Assembly: GCA_964627715.1 (NCBI GenBank)
Contig: CAZVHJ010000002.1
Coordinates: 14,109-78,108 of the forward strand
DNA length: 64,000 nt
DNA from: an uncultured Spirochaetaceae bacterium
GTDB taxonomy: Bacteria; Spirochaetota; Spirochaetia; SZUA-6; DRHE01
Direction: 5' to 3'
The notes below the pieces were generated by a model that saw nothing but the letters and a program-made list of their open reading frames with translations, was not told where the DNA came from and ran no database searches. Of this stretch, positions 1 to 8,155 are shown piece after piece. The position numbers and the translations under genes were made by a program. How positions within the stretch are numbered: position 1 is the stretch's first letter; the number at the start of each line of letters is the position of its first letter.

Positions 1-2
1 GC

Positions 3-104
3 TACAACATCGATGCCCAAGAGCTCGGCCTGGCCGGGATCTTCCAGAAGCCGATTGATCACAAGACGCTTCTGTCCACGTTGAAGGCGGAGTTGGGGCT
101 GTAG
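3..104 (+). CDS. 3' end of a response-regulator receiver-domain protein (partial; the 5' part lies outside the window)
   Basis: In-frame translation ...DAQELGLAGIFQKPIDHKTLLSTLKAELGL* resembles the C-terminal helix of a CheY-like REC domain (KPID...L..L). TAG at 102-104. Confidence 0.3.
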   Translation, partial: YNIDAQELGLAGIFQKPIDHKTLLSTLKAELGL

Positions 105-223
105 GACCAACGGGCAGATCTGAAAACTTACATCGGTTTCTCAAAGCCGGAGCATTTCTACTCGTATTTCTGCTGTCCGCAGCCGGACGCTGGGCAGCCT
201 CCGTAAGGCTTGAGCTCGCTGCA

Positions 224-1540
224 TTGTCTGCCGTTTTTATGGCAGTCAGCTACGGACTGCTGGCGGCAGGAATCACCGTTTTTACCATCAACCTGATTCT
301 GGGTCGATCTCTGCTGCAGCGGAAGATTCTCTGTATCAAGATCCTCGGCGCTGCTCTGATCGTTGTCGGGGTGTTAAACTCCGCCTTCGAGCTTTCCGGA
401 TTCGCGATTGCGGTCACGCTGTCTTTTTCCGCCGCCCTCCTCGTGATTCTCATCGTACTGGACACCGTGAGATCAGGCGGTCCCGAGTTTCGGGTTTCCG
501 CAAACGACCGGCTGCCGCGCCGCTACCTGCGCCGGCGGCCGATCAAGACTGCGGCGGAGACTCTACTGCGCCTGTTTCCCTTCCCCGAACCGGTAGGTTT
601 GTACAGGATCGGATCTGCCGGGGCGGATTCTCCCGTACTGGTTACTGGGAATTTCGAGCTTACCATCCGAAGGGTCTGCGCGGCCCTGAACAACCTCGAC
701 TGCTGGCTGTTGGTCTGCGACAGCCGGGGAGTAAACGTGTGGTGCTCCTCCATGGCCGGACATTTCACGACCGAGCAGATCCTCCGGGCGATCCACAGAA
801 CTGGTCTGGCCGGGCGGCTGAACTCACGCCTGTTGATCCTTCCCCAGCTCTGCGCCTCCGCGGTTTCTCTCGAGGGGCTGAAAGAGCGAAGCGGTTTCCA
901 AGCCCGTTTCGGGCCTCTATACATCCGGGACTTCCGCAGGTACCTGCAAAACCCCTCCGACCCGGACATTCACAGCGCAGTTTTTCCGCTCAAGGACCGT
1001 TTGGAGATGGCTCTGGGCACACCGATTCTTCTATCTATTGTGGTCGTTCTGATCTACAACTTCATCGGTCTGGATCACCTGCTCGTGGTGCTGCCGCTGC
1101 TGTACCTCGCCTCCCTCTTCCATGCATCTGTCTTTCCCCGGCGGCCGTTGATCAGGATCGGGCCGTGGGCCTTGCTGTACGGCGCTGCTGTTTTTCTCCT
1201 GGCAGGACTTCTCTCCCGGGGATTGTTTCCCGACCGTGTTCTTCTCTACGCCCTGACCGCAGGCGTCGGTGCGGCCTATCTTGTCACAGAGTTCAGCGGC
1301 TGGTCGCCCCTGCTCAAGTACAGCTTGATTCCCAACAAGAAGCCCCGAGTACGGGTTGAGGAGGAAATCTGCATCGGTTGCCGCCGCTGCGTGGATGTGT
1401 GCCCACGGGCTGTATTCCGGATGGAGGGTCAAACTTCGGAGGTGGTTCGGGAGGACAGGTGTGTGATCTGTCGATCCTGTTTCAGCCAATGTCCCACAGG
1501 AGCGGTGGTGCACTCCCACGCAGGCAGTCGGGGCGCCTAG
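224..1540 (+). CDS. HgcA-like corrinoid-binding membrane protein fused to a C-terminal HgcB-like 2x[4Fe-4S] ferredoxin, with about 3 extra N-terminal transmembrane helices
   Basis: PVLVTGNFELT...DCWLLVCDSRGVNVWCSSMAGHFTTEQI matches the HgcA corrinoid (CFeSP-like) domain including the cap-helix NVWC cysteine. Hydrophobic helices precede and follow it. C-terminus has CIGCRRCVDVCP ... CVICRSCFSQCP (two CX2CX2CX3CP motifs). Confidence 0.7.
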   Translation: MSAVFMAVSYGLLAAGITVFTINLILGRSLLQRKILCIKILGAALIVVGVLNSAFELSGFAIAVTLSFSAALLVILIVLDTVRSGGPEFRVSANDRLPRRYLRRRPIKTAAETLLRLFPFPEPVGLYRIGSAGADSPVLVTGNFELTIRRVCAALNNLDCWLLVCDSRGVNVWCSSMAGHFTTEQILRAIHRTGLAGRLNSRLLILPQLCASAVSLEGLKERSGFQARFGPLYIRDFRRYLQNPSDPDIHSAVFPLKDRLEMALGTPILLSIVVVLIYNFIGLDHLLVVLPLLYLASLFHASVFPRRPLIRIGPWALLYGAAVFLLAGLLSRGLFPDRVLLYALTAGVGAAYLVTEFSGWSPLLKYSLIPNKKPRVRVEEEICIGCRRCVDVCPRAVFRMEGQTSEVVREDRCVICRSCFSQCPTGAVVHSHAGSRGA

Positions 1541-1547
1541 AGTGCGC

Positions 1548-1973
1548 TCATTCGCTCGGTGATAGGGTTCGCTCCTCCATCTCTTTGAGCCGTTTGCTCA
1601 TCGCATTGATCTGAAACTCGATCGAATTGAGGACCCAGAACTGAAAATGATCCACTTTGGATTGCCGGTGAATCATCCATATGATCTTGAGGGAGACGAG
1701 CAGCAGAGCCAGCTCCATCGAGAGGAAGCGGGGAATCGTGGGCAGGGCAAATCCGGTGATCTCCCTCAGAATATCGAAAATGAAAAGTCCCACAACCACC
1801 ACCAGAAACACGATATTGATCAGCCGGTCCTGACGTTTGGAGGTGGCCCCCCCGATCTGGCCGATGACCTTACGAATCCGTTCCTTTTCGCTTCTGTAGT
1901 GTTCCAGCTCCTGACGGAGAATATCAGCTTCGTTCATATTCTCAGGGTAGTCTCCAATCCCTTTTAACGTCAA
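1548..1973 (-). CDS. small membrane protein: N-terminal charged/coiled segment followed by two transmembrane helices
   Basis: 141-aa ORF; IVFLVVVVGLFIFDIL and LALLLVSLKIIWMI hydrophobic helices; no recognisable motif. Confidence 0.4.
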   Translation of the reverse strand: MTLKGIGDYPENMNEADILRQELEHYRSEKERIRKVIGQIGGATSKRQDRLINIVFLVVVVGLFIFDILREITGFALPTIPRFLSMELALLLVSLKIIWMIHRQSKVDHFQFWVLNSIEFQINAMSKRLKEMEERTLSPSE

Positions 1974-2041
1974 GGTGACGGTATTTCCCTTGATTCCCGG
2001 CTGGAAATTGAGTTTATTTTTCGTAGAACAGGAGGCAGGTG

Positions 2042-4912
2042 ATGGTACCGAACAATCGTGAAAAACACTTGCTCGTCGCGGCGAGCTTTTTTATACTCCT
2101 TGCCCCTCTGGCATTAGTTCTCTCCGGCTGCCTCGGACCGGCTGAACAGGTCGTCCATACGGTCACCGCTGCGGCGGAGCCGAGTCCTGAGGCGGAGATC
2201 CCGGTCGATCCGCAGGTTCGCCTGGGTAGGTTGGAGAATGGGCTCACTTACTACGTACGACCAAACCGCAAGCCGGAGAATCGAGCGGAGCTGCGGTTGG
2301 TGGTGAACGCGGGCAGCGTGCTGGAAGATGAGGCTCAGCTCGGACTTGCCCATTTCCTCGAGCATATGGCTTTCAACGGCACCGAGCACTTCGAGAAGCA
2401 GGAGATCGTGGACTACCTGGAATCCATAGGCATGCCTTTCGGACCAGAGGTGAACGCCTATACGAACTACGATGAGACGGTATATATGCTTCAGGTTCCA
2501 ACCGAGGATCCGGAAATCATGGAAACCGCCGTGCAGATTCTCGAGGATTGGGCTCATCTGATCAGCCTGGAGCCTGAAGAAGTGGAAAAGGAGCGGCCGG
2601 TTATCGTTGAGGAGTGGCGCCTCGGCCGGGGCGCAGAGGCCAGGATGCGGGATAGCCAGTACCCGATCCTGTTCAAGGACTCCCGGTATGCCGAGCGAAG
2701 ACCGATTGGAAAGATGGAGATCATCGAGTCCGCCCCTGTGGAAGCGCTGCGTCGTTTTTACCGGGACTGGTACAGGCCTGATCTGATGGCGGTAGTTGCC
2801 GTAGGGGATTTCGATGCCCAGTGGGTCGAGGAAATGATCGCCGGGTATTTCAGCAATCTGGAAGAAGTCGAACAACCCCGGGAGCGAATAGTTTACCCGG
2901 TCCCTGCTCATCCGGGGACTCTCTACGCTCCGGCTACGGATCCCGAGGCCACTTCGACCCGGGTGAGCCTGTACGTGAAGGCGGATCCCCAACCCCAAGG
3001 AACTGTGGCAGATTACCGCCGCGAGCTGGTTGAAGCTATGTACAATGGGATGCTGAACGACCGTTTTCAGGAGCTGGCCAAAAAGCCGGATGCCCCCTTT
3101 ATCGGGGCCGGGTCTTTCAGCAGTAGATTCATCCGTTCTATGGAAGCCTACGTGTTGGCCGCTCGGGTGCGGGAAGGACGGATTTCCGAATCCCTCGACG
3201 TGCTGTTGACGGAGACCGAACGGGTGCGGCGTCACGGATTCACCGCATCGGAGCTGGAACGGACCAAGGAACGTTTCCTGACCTGGATCGAGCAAATCTA
3301 CAGGGATCGGGACAATATTGAATCCGAGACCCTGGCGGAGAGCTACGTCAAACATTATCTGGAGGGCGAACCCATTCCGGATATCGAGTTCGAATATCGC
3401 CTGTTCCAGGAGTACGTCCCCGGGATCAGCCTGGGGGAGGTCAACGGTTTGGCGTCGGAGCTGCTCCAAGAGGATAATCGGGTCGTTCTGGTCAATGCCC
3501 CGGAAAGTGAAGCCGCCGAAGTTCCTGATGAAACGGCCGTGCAGGCGCTGTTCACCGCGGTTGCGAACAAGGATATACCTCCGTACGAGGACAGGGTGCT
3601 CGACCAGCCCCTGTTTACTGCTCAGCTGGAAGGCGGCACAGTCAGCGGTCGAAGAATGTTCCCCGAGCTCGGATTCGAAGAGCTGCTTCTCTCCAACGGT
3701 GTACGGGTCATCTTCAAGCCCACCGACTTCAAGGAAGAGGAGATCCTCTTTGGAGCCTTCAGCCCAGGCGGACATTCACTCGTGCCGGACGATCAGTACG
3801 TCGCCGCGGTGACCGCCGCTAACATCGTAAATGAGGGTGGATTGAATGGTTTCGATGCGATCTCCCTGCAGAAGAAGCTGACCGGCACGGTCGTGTCCGT
3901 AGATCCCTGGATCGGCGAGCTCTACGAGGGGATGCGGGGCAGCGCCCGTCCCCAGGACCTGGAAACCCTCCTGCAGCTGATCTACCTGTACTTCACAGAG
4001 CCGCGTCGGGACGAGCAGGCCTACCTGGTCTACAGGGAGCGGCTGCTCACCATGGTGGAGAACCGGGAAGCCTCTCCGACCGGTATCTTCTGGAACACGG
4101 TCCGTACGGCCATTTCTCAGAACCACTTTCGCGCCCGCCCCTGGACACCGGAGGTTCTGGAGGAGATGGATCTGGAGGTGTCGCTGCAGGTGTATCGGGA
4201 CCGATTCGCCGATGCCGGTGATTTCACCTTCGTGTTTGTGGGCAACCTCAATCCCGACGATTTCGGTCCCTTGACGGCGCAATACCTGGGCTCCCTGCCT
4301 TCCACCGGACGGGTGGAAACGTGGCGGGATGTTGAAATGGATCCTCCGGTGGGAATCGTGGAGCGGGAGGTGAACAAGGGCCTCGAGCCCCAAAGCCGGG
4401 TGCAGATCGTATTCGGCGGTACCACCGATTGGTCTCTTCGCAGCCGGTTGCTGCTGGAAGCCCTGAAACAGATCCTGGATATCGTTCTGCGGGAGAATGT
4501 CCGGGAGGAGGCCGGCGGATCCTACGACGTGGGGGTGGACGCGGAGCTCAACCGCTATCCCGACGAAGAATACTTCGTTTATATCGGTTTCGGTTGTGCA
4601 CCGGATCAGGTGGAGACACTGACCCGGTTGGTGTTCGGCCAGATTGCCAAGATTTGCGAGCAGGGACCGGTCGAGAAGGACGTGAACAAAGTAAAGGAGA
4701 TCCTGCGGCGGGAACATGAACAGAATCTTAAGACGAATGACTACTGGCTCGGCATCCTGCAGCTGGCCTATCTCAACGATCTGGATCCCAAAGTTCTGCT
4801 GGACTTCGAAGCCCGTCTGGAAAGCATTTCCGTCGACAGCCTGCAGAAGATGGCCGCGGAGATCCTTGATCCCAGCAATTATGTACGGGTCGTGCTGAAT
4901 CCAGAAGATTGA
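2042..4912 (+). CDS. M16-family zinc metallopeptidase (pitrilysin/insulinase-like), lipoprotein
   Basis: HFLEHMAFNGTEHF (HxxEH zinc motif); about 950 aa two-half M16 architecture; signal peptide ending in lipobox LSGC; AGGAGG 6 nt upstream of the ATG at 2042 (a GTG at 2039 is also in frame). Confidence 0.88.
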   Translation: MVPNNREKHLLVAASFFILLAPLALVLSGCLGPAEQVVHTVTAAAEPSPEAEIPVDPQVRLGRLENGLTYYVRPNRKPENRAELRLVVNAGSVLEDEAQLGLAHFLEHMAFNGTEHFEKQEIVDYLESIGMPFGPEVNAYTNYDETVYMLQVPTEDPEIMETAVQILEDWAHLISLEPEEVEKERPVIVEEWRLGRGAEARMRDSQYPILFKDSRYAERRPIGKMEIIESAPVEALRRFYRDWYRPDLMAVVAVGDFDAQWVEEMIAGYFSNLEEVEQPRERIVYPVPAHPGTLYAPATDPEATSTRVSLYVKADPQPQGTVADYRRELVEAMYNGMLNDRFQELAKKPDAPFIGAGSFSSRFIRSMEAYVLAARVREGRISESLDVLLTETERVRRHGFTASELERTKERFLTWIEQIYRDRDNIESETLAESYVKHYLEGEPIPDIEFEYRLFQEYVPGISLGEVNGLASELLQEDNRVVLVNAPESEAAEVPDETAVQALFTAVANKDIPPYEDRVLDQPLFTAQLEGGTVSGRRMFPELGFEELLLSNGVRVIFKPTDFKEEEILFGAFSPGGHSLVPDDQYVAAVTAANIVNEGGLNGFDAISLQKKLTGTVVSVDPWIGELYEGMRGSARPQDLETLLQLIYLYFTEPRRDEQAYLVYRERLLTMVENREASPTGIFWNTVRTAISQNHFRARPWTPEVLEEMDLEVSLQVYRDRFADAGDFTFVFVGNLNPDDFGPLTAQYLGSLPSTGRVETWRDVEMDPPVGIVEREVNKGLEPQSRVQIVFGGTTDWSLRSRLLLEALKQILDIVLRENVREEAGGSYDVGVDAELNRYPDEEYFVYIGFGCAPDQVETLTRLVFGQIAKICEQGPVEKDVNKVKEILRREHEQNLKTNDYWLGILQLAYLNDLDPKVLLDFEARLESISVDSLQKMAAEILDPSNYVRVVLNPED

Positions 4913-4943
4913 CCATATATGCTCCTGCGGGCGACCGCCGTGT

Positions 4944-4992
4944 AAAAAAAGGGCCGCCCCGGTAGTTCACCAGGGCAGCCCGTTGTTCTGTT
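4944..4992. terminator. bidirectional rho-independent terminator between convergent M16 peptidase and hsp20 genes
   Basis: A-run (4944-4950), GGGCCGCCCCGG / CCAGGGCAGCCC imperfect 12-bp stem (4951-4962, 4970-4981) with 7-nt loop, then T-rich gttgttctgttt. Confidence 0.6.
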
Positions 4993-5001
4993 TGACGATT
5001 C

Positions 5002-5424
5002 TTAGTTGCTCTTCACATCGATTTTGCGAGGCTTGGCTCCAGGCCTCTTCGGGATATTCACGACTAGCAGTCCGTTCTTGAACTCAGCTTTGATCTTTTC
5101 GCGATCCACATCCTTGGGAAGGACGAAGGTCCGTGCAAACTCATGATTGCGCCGCTCACGAATCAGATATCCGTTCTTCTTTTCTTCTTTGCTCTCCTCT
5201 TTCTTCGAGGAAAGAGTCAGAATGTTGTCCTCAACTTTCAGCTCAATGTCCTTTTCGGTGAGCCCGGGAAGCTCTGCTTCCATCAGGTATTCATTTTCTT
5301 GCTCCCTGACATCTACGACGGGAGTCCGGGCACTCAAAACGGGCGTGTCGGTGAAGAAATTGTCCAGAAGCCCGTTCCAGTCAAACAGATCATTCGGTCT
5401 GGTGTATCGGATAAGTCCTCTCAT
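5002..5424 (-). CDS. Hsp20/alpha-crystallin family small heat-shock protein
   Basis: MRGLIRYTRPNDLFDW...EAELPGLTEKDIELKVEDNILTLS...LPKDVDREKIKAEFKNGLLVVNIPK is the typical alpha-crystallin domain; AGGAGG 6 nt upstream of the ATG at 5424. The longer ORF to 5589 has no RBS. Confidence 0.85.
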   Translation of the reverse strand: MRGLIRYTRPNDLFDWNGLLDNFFTDTPVLSARTPVVDVREQENEYLMEAELPGLTEKDIELKVEDNILTLSSKKEESKEEKKNGYLIRERRNHEFARTFVLPKDVDREKIKAEFKNGLLVVNIPKRPGAKPRKIDVKSN

Positions 5425-5460
5425 CTCGAACCTCCTATATTTTTTAGTCAACAATGAAAA

Positions 5461-5477
5461 TGCATTTTTTGTGCCAA
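5461..5477 (-). promoter_or_regulatory. sigma54 (-24/-12)-type promoter candidate for hsp20
   Basis: Minus-strand sequence TGGCACaaaaaaTGCA (GG and GC spaced exactly as in TGGCACG-N4-TTGCA), about 45 nt upstream of the hsp20 ATG. Confidence 0.45.
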
Positions 5478-5581
5478 ACCTGGGGATTGGATAGGGAGAT
5501 CTGTAATTATAGATATACAAATAAATTATATAGAATGGGTAGCGATGCGCGATTCTAAGCTGGATTCTTCCAGATCCGAAT

Positions 5582-5616
5582 AGCGTCATATTAACCCAGT
5601 GTGTTAATATGACGCT
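5582..5616. promoter_or_regulatory. perfect 14-bp inverted repeat AGCGTCATATTAAC-N7-GTTAATATGACGCT (candidate enhancer/operator site or terminator hairpin of the LOG gene)
   Basis: Seen directly in sequence. Sits about 120 bp upstream of the sigma54-like element and about 30 bp downstream of the stop of the minus-strand gene at 5646. Confidence 0.5.
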
Positions 5617-5645
5617 AAAAATGAGCCAAAATGATACGATGGTGC

Positions 5646-6143
5646 CTATTCCTGTCGGGGAAGGAGAGATTTGATGACCCGAATCGCTTCGGAAGGGCTG
5701 TTCACCTCTTGGACGAAGAGGCTCTGGTCCCGATTCTCCTTAGGGTCGAGCCGCCAGGACCGCAGCCCTACAACGGGGATCCCGGCGGTGTTGGCCAGGG
5801 CGATTTCGGACAGCGTTCCGTAGGATCCGGAGACGGCGACCAGGGCTTGGCTGCTTTTCACCACCAGCACGTTCCGGGCCTCTCCCAATCCGGTCACCAC
5901 GGAGTAACTCAGATACGGATTGGAGCTTGAGCGGGAATTACCCGGAAGAATGCCTAGGGTCACTCCGCCCTGGGATCTGGCTCCCCGGCAAGCCTGCTCC
6001 ATGACGCCCCCCATTCCGCCACAGACAAGGGTCCAGCCTTCGGAGGCGATCAACCTCCCCAGTTCGAAGGCCAGTTCAGCGATCTCTACACTGCAGCGAC
6101 GCCCCCCGATCACACCTACATACACAGTGTTGTCCCTATCCAA
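5646..6143 (-). CDS. TIGR00725/LOG-family Rossmann-fold protein (cytokinin riboside 5'-monophosphate phosphoribohydrolase-like)
   Basis: VGVIGGRRCS...LVCGGMGGVMEQACRGA...GILPG...ALVAVSGSYGTLSEIALA match LOG/TIGR00725 family signatures. Confidence 0.7.
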   Translation of the reverse strand: MDRDNTVYVGVIGGRRCSVEIAELAFELGRLIASEGWTLVCGGMGGVMEQACRGARSQGGVTLGILPGNSRSSSNPYLSYSVVTGLGEARNVLVVKSSQALVAVSGSYGTLSEIALANTAGIPVVGLRSWRLDPKENRDQSLFVQEVNSPSEAIRVIKSLLPRQE

Positions 6144-7185
6144 GTCCCTCAGCTACCATATCGCCGATCTCAGAGGTCGAAAAACCTGTTTGTCCGGCGT
6201 TCATGCTCTTCATCTTGGAAATCGTTTTGACCACCGAAGACTCCACGGCGGCAGCCGCTTCCTCTTCACCCAGAACCTGGAGCATCAAATGTACGGCTAA
6301 AATGGCGGCTACCGGATTGATGATGCCCTTACCCGTGTACTTAGGCGCCGAGCCCCCGATGGGCTCGAACATCGACACACCTTCGGGATTGATGTTTGCC
6401 CCGGCGGCCACCCCCATGCCGCCTTGAACCATGGCGCCCAGGTCGGTGATGATGTCGCCGAACATATTGGTGGTTACGATGACGTCGAACCACTCGGGGT
6501 TTTTCACCATCCACATGGTGGTGGCGTCCACGTGGGCGTAGTCCGTTTGGATGTCCGGATACTCTTTGCTCACCTCGTTGAAGACCCGCATCCACAAATC
6601 GTGGGCATAGGTCAGAACATTGGTCTTGGCGCAGAGGGTCAGCTTCTTCCTCTTGTTGCGTTTGCGGGTGTACTCGAAGGCGTAGCGGATGCAGCGCTCG
6701 ACTCCCTTGCGCGTGTTGATCATCTCCTGAATCGCCACCTCATCCGCGGTACCTTTTTTCAGGAACCCTCCGATACCGGCGTACAGCCCCTCGGTGTTCT
6801 CCCGCACAACGACGAAGTCAATGTCCTCGGGACCTTTGTTTGCCAGAGGGGTTTCCACGTTCGGATAAAGCTTCACCGGCCGAAGGTTGATGTATTGATC
6901 CAAGCTAAAGCGAAGGGCCAGGAGGATTCCCGTTTCCAAAATACCCGGCTTGACGTCGGGATGGCCGATCGCGCCCAGATAAATGGCGTCGAAGCGTCTG
7001 AGCTTTTCCACAGCATCGGAGGGAAGCACTTCTCCGGTCTTCAGGTAGTGCTCTGCCCCGTAGTCGAGCTCGGTAAATTCGAACTGGATTGTGAAGCGAT
7101 CACTGATGCGGCGCAGAACTTTCAGCCCCTCCTGTACCACCTCGGGACCGGTTCCGTCACCCGGAATTACTGCGATTTTATACAT
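6136..7185 (-). CDS. isocitrate/3-isopropylmalate dehydrogenase family enzyme (LeuB/TtuC-like)
   Basis: [18 protein letters not shown]-terminus, [29 protein letters not shown] motifs; GAAGGAAA upstream of the ATG at 7185; 8-nt overlap with the downstream LOG gene. Confidence 0.8.
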   Translation of the reverse strand: MYKIAVIPGDGTGPEVVQEGLKVLRRISDRFTIQFEFTELDYGAEHYLKTGEVLPSDAVEKLRRFDAIYLGAIGHPDVKPGILETGILLALRFSLDQYINLRPVKLYPNVETPLANKGPEDIDFVVVRENTEGLYAGIGGFLKKGTADEVAIQEMINTRKGVERCIRYAFEYTRKRNKRKKLTLCAKTNVLTYAHDLWMRVFNEVSKEYPDIQTDYAHVDATTMWMVKNPEWFDVIVTTNMFGDIITDLGAMVQGGMGVAAGANINPEGVSMFEPIGGSAPKYTGKGIINPVAAILAVHLMLQVLGEEEAAAAVESSVVKTISKMKSMNAGQTGFSTSEIGDMVAEGLG

Positions 7186-7243
7186 ACTGGATTTCCTTCG
7201 CAAACAAGAATCGACCGCAGCTTAGCGACAAGCGTTCATTGTG

Positions 7244-7969
7244 TCAAGGAAGCAGCTCGGCATGAACGCGGTTGTACTCCCGAACCAACCGCAGGAGGAG
7301 TTTCCGAGATGATCCCAGGCAGGCATTCATCCAGCGTCGATAGTGATGGAGGAACTCTCTGGTAGGCAGGATCACCAATCGTCGGGCCACAAAGAAAATA
7401 CGCCGTCCAGAATACAGTACAAAACCCCCCTGAACAATGTTTCGCGCTAAAACGCGCTTGCAGTAACTCCAGCACCATCTATTGGGGTGGGATTCCCGCA
7501 GAAAAACGAAGCCGATCCGTTTTGAAGGAGTCTGCACGACGAGCTCGATGTGGGTTTTTCCGTACCCTCCATAGTACCAAAACTTGCTGGAAGGGTTTCT
7601 GGCTGCCTCATGAGAGCAGACGGTCTTAATCATCCTGCTCCGAAACTGTACTTCCTCCGCAAGATACCCAGGCGATTGAGTCGAACCGGTAAGGTAGAGC
7701 TTCGGGGATTTTCGTACGCGGTGAGAGGAAGTGATCAATTCCGTTGGTAGAGGGTGGAGCAGCCAAATCAACTTGTTTTCAACCAGGCAACGAATACGGA
7801 TTTGGGCTGACTTGGAGGAGACCCCGAGCTCCTTTCCGAGGATGGAGTAATTCAAAGGTTTGCCATGCCAATCGGCGAGAATCGACAGGGTGGGATTCAA
7901 ATCCTCGATTTTCATGATGTTTGCTCCCCAATGCGTATATTCCAGCTTGTAAAGGTCGGAATGATCCAA
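7244..7969 (-). pseudogene. C-terminal fragment of a COG1373-type ATPase (winged-helix + DUF4143 region); N-terminal AAA/Walker domain absent
   Basis: LNYSILGKELGVSSKSAQIRIRCLVENKLIWLLHPLP (HTH region) and RVRKSPKLYLTGS (DUF4143 K-x-PKLYF-D-GL motif) are present, but no Walker A is encoded and about 180 bp upstream is non-coding. Local GC is lower than the flanks. Confidence 0.45.
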
Positions 7970-8155
7970 TTGGCAAAAAAGAATGTTCCTCCATTGTGGA
8001 ACTGGAGAATTATCCGTTTTGCTTCTAATTTTCTACGATGCCACAATGCAACGGCATCTAGATTTTAGAGGCGTGACCCACGCTACTTGCTGTCATCTTT
8101 TACAAATAACCATTGCGCATTGGCTAAAATCCCGGTATACTGTGACGTTACCTAA

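Noticed and set aside
739-1519. Alternative-frame ORFs (206 aa on +, 162 aa on -) overlapping the HgcAB-like gene
   Set aside because: No motifs. The annotated frame has clear corrinoid-domain, TM and ferredoxin signatures.
2114-3775. 553-aa antisense ORF inside the M16 peptidase gene
   Set aside because: Lies wholly within a strongly supported sense gene (HxxEH peptidase). Long antisense ORFs are expected at this GC content, and it has no motif or RBS.
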